From positions 1-49,232 of the forward strand of contig JAFGOC010000005.1 of the NCBI GenBank assembly GCA_016926705.1: a DNA stretch of 49,232 nucleotides. Reading direction: 5' to 3'. The notes beneath the pieces were generated by a model that did no database searches, had not been told where the DNA came from, and saw only the letters and a program-made list of their open reading frames with translations. Both the position numbers and the translations under genes were made by a program. The stretch is from Dehalococcoidales bacterium (GTDB lineage Bacteria > Chloroflexota > Dehalococcoidia > Dehalococcoidales > RBG-16-60-22). Shown piece after piece: positions 39,264-48,299 of the stretch (its first letter is position 1; each line of letters starts with the position of its first letter).

Positions 39264-40946
39264 GTGCTTAGGGCCGTCGACCTTCTACGCCAGGGGCGTA
39301 ATGAAGAACTATGGCAAATGTGTTGCGGGTTCCTTTATTTAAACCTTGAAGAATTTATGACAATTCAACGGAACCTGCTTCTGCAACAGCTGCAATTGTT
39401 AAATAATTCTCCTTTCGGTAAAAAGATTCTACGCGGTATCGCACCGCAGACGGTCGAAGAATTCAGACAGCTTGTACCACTAACAACTTATTCGGATTAT
39501 TGTCCCGAGTTACTTGACAAGAGAGAAGATGTTCTGCCATCAAAGCCTGAAATGTGGACACATAGTTCAGGATGGAGCGGTGAATATAGCTGTAAATGGG
39601 TCCCGATTTCTAACGACTATGCTATAGAACTTAGTAAAATATTATTCGGTATAGGTATTTTGTCGTGCTGCAAAGACTGGGGTGATATTCCGCGTGTCCC
39701 GCATACTCTTAAATTGTTATATTCCGTTGCCCCCAGGCCATATGTGTCCGGGACTCTAGCAGATTTATTACGACTACAAATACCCCTCAAATACCTGCCC
39801 AACCTGGAAGAAGCTGAAACACTGCCTTATGAAGAAAGAATCGCTACAGGTTTGAGACAAGCTTTAGACAAGGGCATGGACTACTTTTTTGGTCTCTCAC
39901 TGGTGCTGGTTAAAGTGGGAGAGAAAATTCGCGATTCTTCCGGCAAAGTTGATATCCGCAAGTATTTAACCCGGCCAAGAGCCTTATTGCGTTTAGCCAA
40001 AGCTTTAATCAAAAGTCGAATCGCCAACAGGCCAATGCTTCCTAAAGATTTATGGTCTTTGAGAGGCATAATCGGCAGCGGGGTTGATAGCACTGTATTT
40101 AAGAAAAAAATAAAAGAACTATGGGGTAAAAACCCTCTGGATATATATTCCTGTACTGAAGGCGGCGTTATCGCCACCCAGACATGGGATTATGAAGGCA
40201 TGACATTTGTCCCCAGCCTGAATTTTCTGGAATTTATTCCAGAAGACGAATTAATTAAGTGGCAGCTGGATCGCAGTTATAAGATGAGAACTTTATTGTT
40301 GGATGAAGTAGAACCTGGCGAAAGTTATGAGATTGTTATTAGTAACTTCCATGGAGGCTCTCTGGTTCGCTATAGAATAGGCGATATGGTCACCATTACC
40401 TCTCTCCGCAACGACCGCCTTGGCATCGATATCCCACAGATGGTTTTCGAACGACGTGTAGATGATATAATTGATTTTGTCTTTATCAGGCTGACTGAAA
40501 AAACCATCTGGCAAGTAATAGAAAGAACTGGCGTTCCGTATAATGACTGGATTGCGTTCAGGGATTCTGGGGATGCCGTGTTGCATATTTTTATTGAATC
40601 GTGTAAAGGTGTAAGTGTAAATGAAGCTGACTTATCTCAGGCAATATTTAATGAGCTTACCCGATCAGACGATAAAGCGAATACCCTAATCCCGGCAGAA
40701 TATGCAGAGATGATGGATTTTAGAGTGGAAGTCACTTTGTTGCCGGAGGGCATTTTTGATAAGTACACATCACGAAAACAGGTCGAGGGTTCTGATTTAG
40801 CACATTTCAAACCCCCTCACATAAATCCGTCGCCCAAGGTTCTTTCTACGTTGCTAGGTGATACTATGGAGACAATCGTCGTTTCCAAGACTGGCAGCAA
40901 ATCCCAAAACAAGTCAGAGTCTGCCGGGACGACAACAGGCTCATAG
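39264..40946 (+). CDS. GH3-family (acyl-acid amido synthetase-like) adenylate-forming enzyme
   Basis: FRQLVPLTTYSDY plus the three GH3/ANL-type motifs: SSGWSGEYSCKWVP, YSCTEGG, YRIGDMV. GTG start after GGAGAGGTG. Confidence 0.78.
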   Translation: MLRAVDLLRQGRNEELWQMCCGFLYLNLEEFMTIQRNLLLQQLQLLNNSPFGKKILRGIAPQTVEEFRQLVPLTTYSDYCPELLDKREDVLPSKPEMWTHSSGWSGEYSCKWVPISNDYAIELSKILFGIGILSCCKDWGDIPRVPHTLKLLYSVAPRPYVSGTLADLLRLQIPLKYLPNLEEAETLPYEERIATGLRQALDKGMDYFFGLSLVLVKVGEKIRDSSGKVDIRKYLTRPRALLRLAKALIKSRIANRPMLPKDLWSLRGIIGSGVDSTVFKKKIKELWGKNPLDIYSCTEGGVIATQTWDYEGMTFVPSLNFLEFIPEDELIKWQLDRSYKMRTLLLDEVEPGESYEIVISNFHGGSLVRYRIGDMVTITSLRNDRLGIDIPQMVFERRVDDIIDFVFIRLTEKTIWQVIERTGVPYNDWIAFRDSGDAVLHIFIESCKGVSVNEADLSQAIFNELTRSDDKANTLIPAEYAEMMDFRVEVTLLPEGIFDKYTSRKQVEGSDLAHFKPPHINPSPKVLSTLLGDTMETIVVSKTGSKSQNKSESAGTTTGS

Positions 40947-40985
40947 TACTTTAGTTCCCCGTACATTGGTTTGCTTACTTTAGTT
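40947..40985 (+). promoter_or_regulatory. 10-bp direct repeat TACTTTAGTT x2 just upstream of the sensor promoter
   Basis: Copies at 40947-40956 and 40976-40985 (29-bp period). The second ends 5 nt before the -35. Confidence 0.45.
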
Positions 40986-40990
40986 ACCTC

Positions 40991-41019
40991 TTGACAGTTA
41001 TCACATTTGGCTTAATAAT
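40991..41019 (+). promoter_or_regulatory. Promoter abutting the sensor gene (leaderless-type)
   Basis: TTGACA-17 nt-AATAAT, with 8 nt between the -10 and ATG 41028. Confidence 0.5.
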
Positions 41020-41027
41020 TGCTTCAT

Positions 41028-44000
41028 ATGAATGTATATACTCTAGCTCCAACAATTGCCATAATAATATATATTCCTCTGTTAATCACGGTGGCGATGA
41101 GCCGTCCGTGGAAAAATCGCTTTACCCTATTTATTATTTTTATATCTACTGCGGCACTCTGGAGCACCGTTGATATATTTCTGCGAAGTGATTATTTCCC
41201 GGAGCATAAATTTCTGCTCTTTCAATTGGTTGTAATCACATATTCGCTTATGGCTGTTCAGTTACACTTGTTTACTACGTCCTTCTTTCCTAAAGGGAAG
41301 GGACGCTGGATACCGTTCGCATATGGCTCTTTGGTTTTTATCATTATTATGGTTGCACTCGGATATGTGCCTGAAAATATCACGAGAATCAATAATGTCA
41401 CATATCTTAATTATGGCATAGGGGTAATTTATCTAGGTATACCGCTTCTCATTCTGGTAGCTAGGAATCTATATGTTTTCATTGGAATGCTAAAAAATAT
41501 GCAAAATCCTGTATTATACAATCAGGCTATATCGCTTGTTATCACTATCGGAGTATTGACTTTATTTACGGCTGGCGCTCTTCTACCGCTTGGTGAATCT
41601 TTCCCTATTCCGCACTACGGAAACCTTATTGCCGCTTTTATTCTAACCTATGCCGTTATCAGGCATCGTTTGGTTGATATCAAACTCGTTATCAAGCGTG
41701 GTATGGCCTGGCTTGTCTTGATAGCATTTGGTGTTACAGTATATTGTCTCCTGCTGGGTATTCTACAAAAAACATTCAACTTCCAGATGGATACTGCCGC
41801 TATTATATCCGCTACCACGTTGGCTGTAGCTGTATCTATCCCGGTTTATATGCTGCGTGGTAGCCTGTTCAAAATTATAGGTCGTGCTTTTCATGGCTCC
41901 AGTTATGACTATCACCTGAAACTCAACGAATTTACCGGTAAAATACACAATATTTTTAGTCTTAAAGAGCAGGGCGGAGAGCTGGTAACATTACTGGTAA
42001 AAGCGCTTAACATCAAACAGGTATGCCTGCTTTTCCCTGAATTTGATACTGGTGATTATACGGTCAAGTTCTCCGAGCCTAAAAATGATAAGAGCCAGCT
42101 GTCTAATTTTCAACTGAGGTCAAGTAATCCTATCGTTATTTATTTGGAAAAAGAGAAAAAATTTCTTACCAGGGACAGTCTGGATGTATTGCCGTTTTTC
42201 TCAAGCTTGTGGCCGCAAGAAAGAGAAGAAATCGCATCTCGTAATATAGCTATGTTTGTGCCGCTTATTAGCCGTGACCGACTTATTGCTGTCCTGGTAC
42301 TTGGTGAGAAGCTGTCCGGTCGGTTTTCGCTTGAGGATATTACCATACTGGAGAATGTTACTGCCAGTGTGGCTGTGAGTATGGAGAAGGAATATCTTCG
42401 TGAGCAGGTTAAAGAGCGTGAGGAAGAGCTCTCGGTCATTAATAATTCCAGCGTAATATTATCTTCCAGTTTAGATATTCAGGAAATATTCGGCAGTTTT
42501 ATAGAAGAGCTGAAAGAGGTTCTTGACATTTGTTGGGCCACCATCGTCCTTATTGAGGAAAATGAGTTTATTTGTGTGGCATTATCCTCACCGGAGGCTT
42601 CCGCTTATCAGATTGGAGATAGAATACCGATAGAAGGGACCGGTACGGCTTGGGTTGTGGCCCAGAAGAAACCCTTCATCGAGACTGACTTGGCGGAGGA
42701 GAAATGTTTCACCACCAGCAAATTTTTCTATGAGCACGGTTTACGCTCCACGGCCTATTTGCCTTTAATCGCCAAAGGAAAAATAATTGGTAGTTTTATC
42801 CTCGCCAGTAAAACTCCTAATGCGTTCAGCCGACGCCATATAAAATTACTGGAGCAACTCGCTTCTCAAATAGCCACGCCGCTGGAAAATACACAGCTGT
42901 ATGCCTTGGCTAAAAAGAAGGCTGGCGTCGATGAGCTTACCGGCTTATATAATCGCCGCTCTCTGGAAGAAGTGATTGATAGTGAAATTAGTCGTCATTC
43001 TCGCTATGGCGGCAATTTTGCTTTGGCTATTCTCGACCTTGACTCTTTCAAAATATATAACGATACGTATGGGCATCTCGCCGGGGATAATCTTTTGCAA
43101 ATCGTCGGACGCAATATCAAGGGTGCCGTCAGAAATGCTGATTATGCCTTCCGCTACGGCGGCGACGAATTTGCTGTTCTCCTGCCTCAAACTTCTATTG
43201 ATGCCGCTCTTAGCGTGCTGGAAAGAGTGCGTGAGAAAATCGTCGACGGTGTGGATACCCAGAAAATTTCTATCACTTCCAGCATTGGTCTGGCCTCTTG
43301 GCCTGACGACGGCATATCCCATACCGATATTATTGCCTCGGCAGATGTTTCTTTATACCGTGCAAAACGTAACGGTGGTAATCAGACTATCTGTGCTTCC
43401 GGACCTCTTGCTGGATTAATACCGTCTGATTCTGCTTCAGCCAACGATAACGATATGGCCTTTAAATTATCTCAACTTGTCCACGCCTTTGCCGACATGG
43501 TTGATTCGCGCAGCTATTATACTAATAAACATTCTAAAAAGGTTGCGGATTACTCTCTGGCACTGGCGAAGGTGCTTCAACTTGATAGAGAAGAGACCTT
43601 GAAAATAGAAACCTGCGCCCTGCTTCACGATATCGGTAAGATAGATATCGATAGTGAAATATTGAATAAATCGACCGAATTAACCGAAGAAGAATGGCGG
43701 ATATTTCGGAAACATGCTATGCTTGGTGCGGAAATTATCGGGCATATTCCCCAGCTTTCCCATTGCATTGAGCCGGTTTTACATCACCACGAAAAGTATG
43801 ATGGTACTGGTTATCCTGACGGTCTGAAAGGCGAGGATATCCCTTTGATATCCCGTATCTTGGCTATTGCCAATGAATTCGCCGTCATAACATCCGGTAG
43901 TTCGTCTTCTGAAAGTAAGACTCATGAAGAAGCCCTTGAGGAATTGAGACAACGTTCCGGCAAAGACTTTGACGCGTATCTGGTCGAGCAATTTGTCTCT

Positions 44001-44096
44001 ATTTTTGAATTGCAATCAAACGAAAGTAAAGAAAGGCATGGAGGTAAAGCAGTACGGTCGCTTCGCAATAAGTCCGGGCTGCGTGAAGAGTCATGA
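41028..44096 (+). CDS. Membrane sensor: 7TM N-domain - GAF - GAF - GGDEF (diguanylate cyclase) - HD-GYP (c-di-GMP phosphodiesterase)
   Basis: About 8 hydrophobic helices (HisKA_7TM-like), then two GAF-like regions. An intact RNAD I-site sits 5 residues before RYGGDEF (nt 43158-43172). HD-GYP motifs HDIGK (43626) and HHHEKYDGTGYP (43782) are present. The ORF is open from TTG 41019. Confidence 0.9.
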   Translation: MNVYTLAPTIAIIIYIPLLITVAMSRPWKNRFTLFIIFISTAALWSTVDIFLRSDYFPEHKFLLFQLVVITYSLMAVQLHLFTTSFFPKGKGRWIPFAYGSLVFIIIMVALGYVPENITRINNVTYLNYGIGVIYLGIPLLILVARNLYVFIGMLKNMQNPVLYNQAISLVITIGVLTLFTAGALLPLGESFPIPHYGNLIAAFILTYAVIRHRLVDIKLVIKRGMAWLVLIAFGVTVYCLLLGILQKTFNFQMDTAAIISATTLAVAVSIPVYMLRGSLFKIIGRAFHGSSYDYHLKLNEFTGKIHNIFSLKEQGGELVTLLVKALNIKQVCLLFPEFDTGDYTVKFSEPKNDKSQLSNFQLRSSNPIVIYLEKEKKFLTRDSLDVLPFFSSLWPQEREEIASRNIAMFVPLISRDRLIAVLVLGEKLSGRFSLEDITILENVTASVAVSMEKEYLREQVKEREEELSVINNSSVILSSSLDIQEIFGSFIEELKEVLDICWATIVLIEENEFICVALSSPEASAYQIGDRIPIEGTGTAWVVAQKKPFIETDLAEEKCFTTSKFFYEHGLRSTAYLPLIAKGKIIGSFILASKTPNAFSRRHIKLLEQLASQIATPLENTQLYALAKKKAGVDELTGLYNRRSLEEVIDSEISRHSRYGGNFALAILDLDSFKIYNDTYGHLAGDNLLQIVGRNIKGAVRNADYAFRYGGDEFAVLLPQTSIDAALSVLERVREKIVDGVDTQKISITSSIGLASWPDDGISHTDIIASADVSLYRAKRNGGNQTICASGPLAGLIPSDSASANDNDMAFKLSQLVHAFADMVDSRSYYTNKHSKKVADYSLALAKVLQLDREETLKIETCALLHDIGKIDIDSEILNKSTELTEEEWRIFRKHAMLGAEIIGHIPQLSHCIEPVLHHHEKYDGTGYPDGLKGEDIPLISRILAIANEFAVITSGSSSSESKTHEEALEELRQRSGKDFDAYLVEQFVSIFELQSNESKERHGGKAVRSLRNKSGLREES

Positions 44097-44773
44097 ATAA
44101 TAATAAAATACATATTTTCATCATCAGCCAGCAATCACTATTTCTGCAGGCTCTAGAGCAGGCATTCTCGGATATGTCGGATGTGGTTGTCCTGGGCACT
44201 ATCAGCCTTAATGACGACGTACTCAAAGCAATTGATAATCTCCCGCCGGATGTTGCTCTTCTTGACCTTGATGGTTCATCGGAAAATGGAATTGAACTGG
44301 CGCGTAAAATAAGGCAGCGGTCGCCCAATATCGGCGTTATACTGCTGACCTCCAATCCCGATGATAACCAGCTTTTTATGGCTATCAAGGCGCAGGCAGT
44401 GGCTTATCTGAATAAAGAAGTGACTGCGTCCCAGTTAGTTGACGTTATACGGCGTGTTGCTAAGGGCGAGCATCCTATTAATGAAAGCCTCACCAACCGG
44501 CCAAAGGTGGCAGAGCACGTGCTGCAGCAGTTCCAGGAACTCACCTCCCGAGCTGAAGCTGGTCCCTTTATTTCGCCCCTCACTCCCCGTGAAATTGAGA
44601 TACTGGAATATATCGCCCAGGGTTACCTGAACAAACAGATTGCTGCCGAACTCGGTATCAGTGAGCAGACGATTAAAAACCATGTTACCTCGATACTGCG
44701 TAAACTCAATGCTAACGCCCGCACCGAGGCTGTGGTTGTGGCTATCAAACAGGGATTAATCAAGATAACCTGA
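44093..44773 (+). CDS. LuxR/NarL-family response-regulator-like protein with a degenerate receiver acidic pocket
   Basis: REC fold has the Asp (ALLDLD), Thr (ILLTS) and Lys (AYLNK), but IFIISQQS replaces the usual ..VDD.. pair. LuxR HTH: REIEILEYIAQGYLNKQIAAELGISEQTIKNHVTSILRKL. ATGA overlap with the sensor gene. Confidence 0.88.
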   Translation: MNNNKIHIFIISQQSLFLQALEQAFSDMSDVVVLGTISLNDDVLKAIDNLPPDVALLDLDGSSENGIELARKIRQRSPNIGVILLTSNPDDNQLFMAIKAQAVAYLNKEVTASQLVDVIRRVAKGEHPINESLTNRPKVAEHVLQQFQELTSRAEAGPFISPLTPREIEILEYIAQGYLNKQIAAELGISEQTIKNHVTSILRKLNANARTEAVVVAIKQGLIKIT

Positions 44774-44854
44774 ACGCTGTTAATAAGCGCGTGAAATACA
44801 CTCACATTGAATATGGTGTTTTTCAAGGCGTCCACCGTATGTCATAATTAAAAG

Positions 44855-45424
44855 GTGTCCGATACCGGCTTCTATGCCATTCTTATTATCGCCCTGGGTT
44901 TATCTGCTGATTGCTTTGCTGTAGCATTAAGCTCAAGTATCGCTGCTGGCCGGTTTTCGCTTTCAGGATTTTTTCGTTTTCCCCTCGCTTTTGGTATCTT
45001 CCAGTCATTAATGATTGTTATCGGCTGGCTGGCCGGGCGCACTGTCATCGATTTCATCTCGAATTATGACCACTGGCTGGCTTTCGGTTTGCTGGCTTTT
45101 ATCGGCGGCAGGATGCTCTGGGAAGCCTTCCGCGAAGAGGACGGGGGAAAAACTAAAAAGAACATCAACAGCTGGTTTACTCTTCTCGCTCTATCTGTTG
45201 CCACCAGCATCGACTCATTGGCAGTGGGATTAAGTTTCGCCTTTTTAAAGGTGGATATATTGCTTGCGGCCGTAACCATAGGCTTAATGGCTTTTGTTAT
45301 TACGGTGCTCGCGCAGCTAATCGGCAACAAGGTCGGTGCGATGGTCGGCAAACGCGCTGAGATAATCGGCGGTCTTATTCTAATCGGCATCGGCGTCAAG
45401 ATACTCTTAGAACACCTACTCTAA
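44855..45424 (+). CDS. mntP: Manganese efflux pump MntP (DUF204)
   Basis: ALGLSADCFAVALS and the second-half repeat LSVATSIDSLAVGLS; six TM helices; GTG start. Confidence 0.85.
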   Translation: MSDTGFYAILIIALGLSADCFAVALSSSIAAGRFSLSGFFRFPLAFGIFQSLMIVIGWLAGRTVIDFISNYDHWLAFGLLAFIGGRMLWEAFREEDGGKTKKNINSWFTLLALSVATSIDSLAVGLSFAFLKVDILLAAVTIGLMAFVITVLAQLIGNKVGAMVGKRAEIIGGLILIGIGVKILLEHLL

Positions 45425-45436
45425 CTCTCCTCGCTA

Positions 45437-45445
45437 TGCTAGAAT
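45437..45445 (+). promoter_or_regulatory. Extended -10 element TGCTAGAAT upstream of uvrC
   Basis: TGn + TAGAAT, 30 nt before the TTG start. The -35 is poor. Confidence 0.35.
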
Positions 45446-45474
45446 AGTCTTGGATACAGCAAGAGAGATGGAAA

Positions 45475-47301
45475 TTGGCAAGTAGTCTTATAAAAGAACA
45501 GCTACAGCGTTTGCCTGACCGCCCTGGCGTCTATATTTACCGTGACGACGCTAAAAATATCATCTATGTGGGTAAGGCGACCAGCCTGCGCCACCGTGTC
45601 CGTTCTTACTTCCAGTCGCCCCAAAAGCATACGCAAAAGATGCAGCGTATGGTCGCCCAGATAGCTGATATTGATTTTTATATCGCCAGCTCGGAGCAGG
45701 AAGCTCTTATCATGGAGCTTAACTTTATCAAGCAGTACCGACCTCGTTATAACGTTATGCTTAAGGATGATAAGACTTTCCCTTACTTGAAAATAGATAC
45801 CAGGGAAAAATGGCCGCGTGTCTATGTCACCCGTCGCCTGGAGCAAGACGGCGGACGTTACTTCGGTCCATTTTCCAGTTCCGGTTCGGTCAAGCAGACC
45901 CTCCGCGTCATCAAGCGGATTTTTCCGGTGCGTTTTTGCAGTAAAAATATTGCCGATCAGCCACGCCGGCCTTGCCTTGAATATCACCTTGGGCACTGCC
46001 TAGCTCCATGCACCGGTAACGTCCGCCCCGAGGACTATGCCCAGGTTATCAAAGAGGTGACTCTGTTCCTAGAGGGCAAACGGGATAATGTTATACGTGA
46101 ACTCCAGGCGAAAATGGACCGCGCTTCTGAAGCTATGGACTTTGAAAGCGCCGCCCGCATACGCGACCAGATACACGCACTGCACGAGGTTATTGAGGGA
46201 GAGAAAATCGCTGCCGTTATCCGCGGCGATGAAGACGTTATCGCTTTCGTCCAGGATGGCGACCAGGCTTATGTGCAGGTATTGTTCATACGTGATAACA
46301 AATTAACAGGTCGCGAGGGTTTTCTCATGCGGGGTACCCATCAGGAAGACCCTACGCAGGTTATGAGTAACTTTATCAAGCAGTATTATTCTTCCACCGT
46401 CCAGATTCCTCCCTTGTTGCTCATCCAGTACCCCGTGGAAGATCGGCAGGTCATCAGGGAATGGCTTAAGACCAGAAGGGGCGCCTCCGTCGATATAACC
46501 GTGCCTCGCCGCGGCGTGAAGAAACAACTGATCGATATCGCTGCCGAGAATGCCCGGCAGGGACTTGAACAAATCAAGATAAAAGAAATCAGCGCGAGCG
46601 AATCACCTGATATCACCTTAGCCGAGCTTGAGAAAGCACTAAAACTAAAAGCCCTGCCCCTACGCATGGAAGCCTATGATATCTCCAATATTCAGGGCTC
46701 CTCCGCGGTTGGCAGCATGGTCGTCTTTGAAAAAGGTCGGCCTAAATCAGCCCATTACCGGCGCTTTAAAATCAGGTCCGTCGCAGGGTCTAACGACTAT
46801 GCCATGCTGCAGGAAGTGCTACACCGCCGCTTCAAGCACAGTAATGCCAAAGACGCCTCCGCCGCCGGTGCCTGGAGTGTCATGCCCGACCTCGTGCTTA
46901 TAGATGGCGGCAAGGGGCAGCTTAACGCCGCTCTGGCTGTCACTAAAGAACTGGGTGTAAATGTTCCTATGATTGGCCTCGCCAAGGAAAACGAGGAGAT
47001 ATTTCTCCTTGGCAGGGCAAAACCGCTGGTCTTACCAAAATCCTCTCCGGCCCTCCAGCTCCTCCAGCGCTTGAGGGATGAAGCGCACCGTTTTGCCATA
47101 ACCTACTTTTCCAGTCTACATCGTAAAAAGACCTTCGCCTCTCTTATGGACGGTATACCGGGCATCGGTCCCCGGCGTAAAAACGCTTTGTTACGACATT
47201 TCGGCTCCATTCAGCGTATCCGGGAAGCCTCTCTTGAGGAACTTGTCGCCGCTGCGGGTGTGTCTCGCAGTCAGGCGGAAAAGATAAAGGAGTATCTCTA
47301 G
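45475..47301 (+). CDS. uvrC: Excinuclease ABC subunit C
   Basis: GIY-YIG (PGVYIYRD..IIYVGKATSLRHRV), a UVR domain, an RNase-H-like endonuclease domain and a C-terminal HhH2. TTG start. Confidence 0.95.
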   Translation: MASSLIKEQLQRLPDRPGVYIYRDDAKNIIYVGKATSLRHRVRSYFQSPQKHTQKMQRMVAQIADIDFYIASSEQEALIMELNFIKQYRPRYNVMLKDDKTFPYLKIDTREKWPRVYVTRRLEQDGGRYFGPFSSSGSVKQTLRVIKRIFPVRFCSKNIADQPRRPCLEYHLGHCLAPCTGNVRPEDYAQVIKEVTLFLEGKRDNVIRELQAKMDRASEAMDFESAARIRDQIHALHEVIEGEKIAAVIRGDEDVIAFVQDGDQAYVQVLFIRDNKLTGREGFLMRGTHQEDPTQVMSNFIKQYYSSTVQIPPLLLIQYPVEDRQVIREWLKTRRGASVDITVPRRGVKKQLIDIAAENARQGLEQIKIKEISASESPDITLAELEKALKLKALPLRMEAYDISNIQGSSAVGSMVVFEKGRPKSAHYRRFKIRSVAGSNDYAMLQEVLHRRFKHSNAKDASAAGAWSVMPDLVLIDGGKGQLNAALAVTKELGVNVPMIGLAKENEEIFLLGRAKPLVLPKSSPALQLLQRLRDEAHRFAITYFSSLHRKKTFASLMDGIPGIGPRRKNALLRHFGSIQRIREASLEELVAAAGVSRSQAEKIKEYL

Positions 47302-47303
47302 CA

Positions 47304-48281
47304 ATGCCGGCCAATCTTACGCCGCAGTACCTCGAAGCGGAGAGGAATTTCCGCAACGCCAAGACCACCCAGGAAAAAATCGCCTGGCTGGAGGAAATGC
47401 TGGCTGTCATGCCCAAGCACAAGGGCACCGACCACCTCCGCGCCGACCTGCGCACCAAAATCGCTAATCTCACCAAGTCCCTGGATAAGAGAGCGGCTAC
47501 CGCCCGCTCCACCACCAAGATAGAAAAAGCCGGCGCCGCCCAAGTGGCTGTCATCGGCCCACCTAACACCGGCAAGTCGCAAATCGTCGCCGCCCTCACC
47601 AATGCCAAGCCCACTGTCGCCGCCTACCCGTATACAACCCAGGCCGCCACCCCCGGCACAATGCACTATGAAAACGTCCAGATACAGCTTGTGGATACAC
47701 CGCCTATCGGCGAGCAGCCGCCCGAATGGTGGCTTTTGAATATTATAAGAAGGGCAGATGCCCTGTTAATCGTCGTTGATTTGAGTCAGGACGCCTTCAC
47801 TCAGACTGATTCCTTATTGACTTTATTGAAAGAAAAAAACATTGGCATTGGTAAAAGTGAGGAACCGGAGGATGAAGAATCTCCCATCAGCTATAAAAAA
47901 ACATTACTGATTGCCAATAAAAACGACCTCGACCCGGATGGCTCAAATTTCCGCGATTTGCAGGAGATGTACGGCGAATTGCTCCCCGTGATTGCCGTCA
48001 ATGCCGCCTCCGGCAACCTGGACGAACTTAAAAAACAGATTTTTCAAATGCTGGATGTTATCCGTGTCTATACCAAGACCCCGGGCAGCAAGCCGGATAT
48101 GACCGAGCCCATCATACTGGAAAGGGGCAGCACGCTGGAGATGGCGGCTGTGGCTATCCACAAGTCTTTCGGCCAGCGCATGAAATATGCGCGCGTCTGG
48201 GGCTCCGGCAAGTTCGACGGAGTCATGGTCAAGCGCGACCACGTTTTACAGGACGGGGATATTATAGAACTGCATGTCTAA
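47304..48281 (+). CDS. DRG/Rbg-type Obg-family GTPase with C-terminal TGS domain
   Basis: N-terminal helical region (KHKGTDHLRADLRTKIANL), G1 (GPPNTGKS), G3 (DTPP), NKND. TGS region: RVYTK..GSTLEMAAVAIHKSF...GDIIELH. Confidence 0.85.
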   Translation: MPANLTPQYLEAERNFRNAKTTQEKIAWLEEMLAVMPKHKGTDHLRADLRTKIANLTKSLDKRAATARSTTKIEKAGAAQVAVIGPPNTGKSQIVAALTNAKPTVAAYPYTTQAATPGTMHYENVQIQLVDTPPIGEQPPEWWLLNIIRRADALLIVVDLSQDAFTQTDSLLTLLKEKNIGIGKSEEPEDEESPISYKKTLLIANKNDLDPDGSNFRDLQEMYGELLPVIAVNAASGNLDELKKQIFQMLDVIRVYTKTPGSKPDMTEPIILERGSTLEMAAVAIHKSFGQRMKYARVWGSGKFDGVMVKRDHVLQDGDIIELHV

Positions 48282-48299
48282 AAGGAGTTTACTCTCATT

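Noticed and set aside
44774-44854. yybP-ykoY manganese riboswitch upstream of mntP.
   Set aside because: The spacer is only 81 nt, and part of it is a promoter. I could not find the conserved four-way-junction sequence elements. An Rfam scan would settle this.
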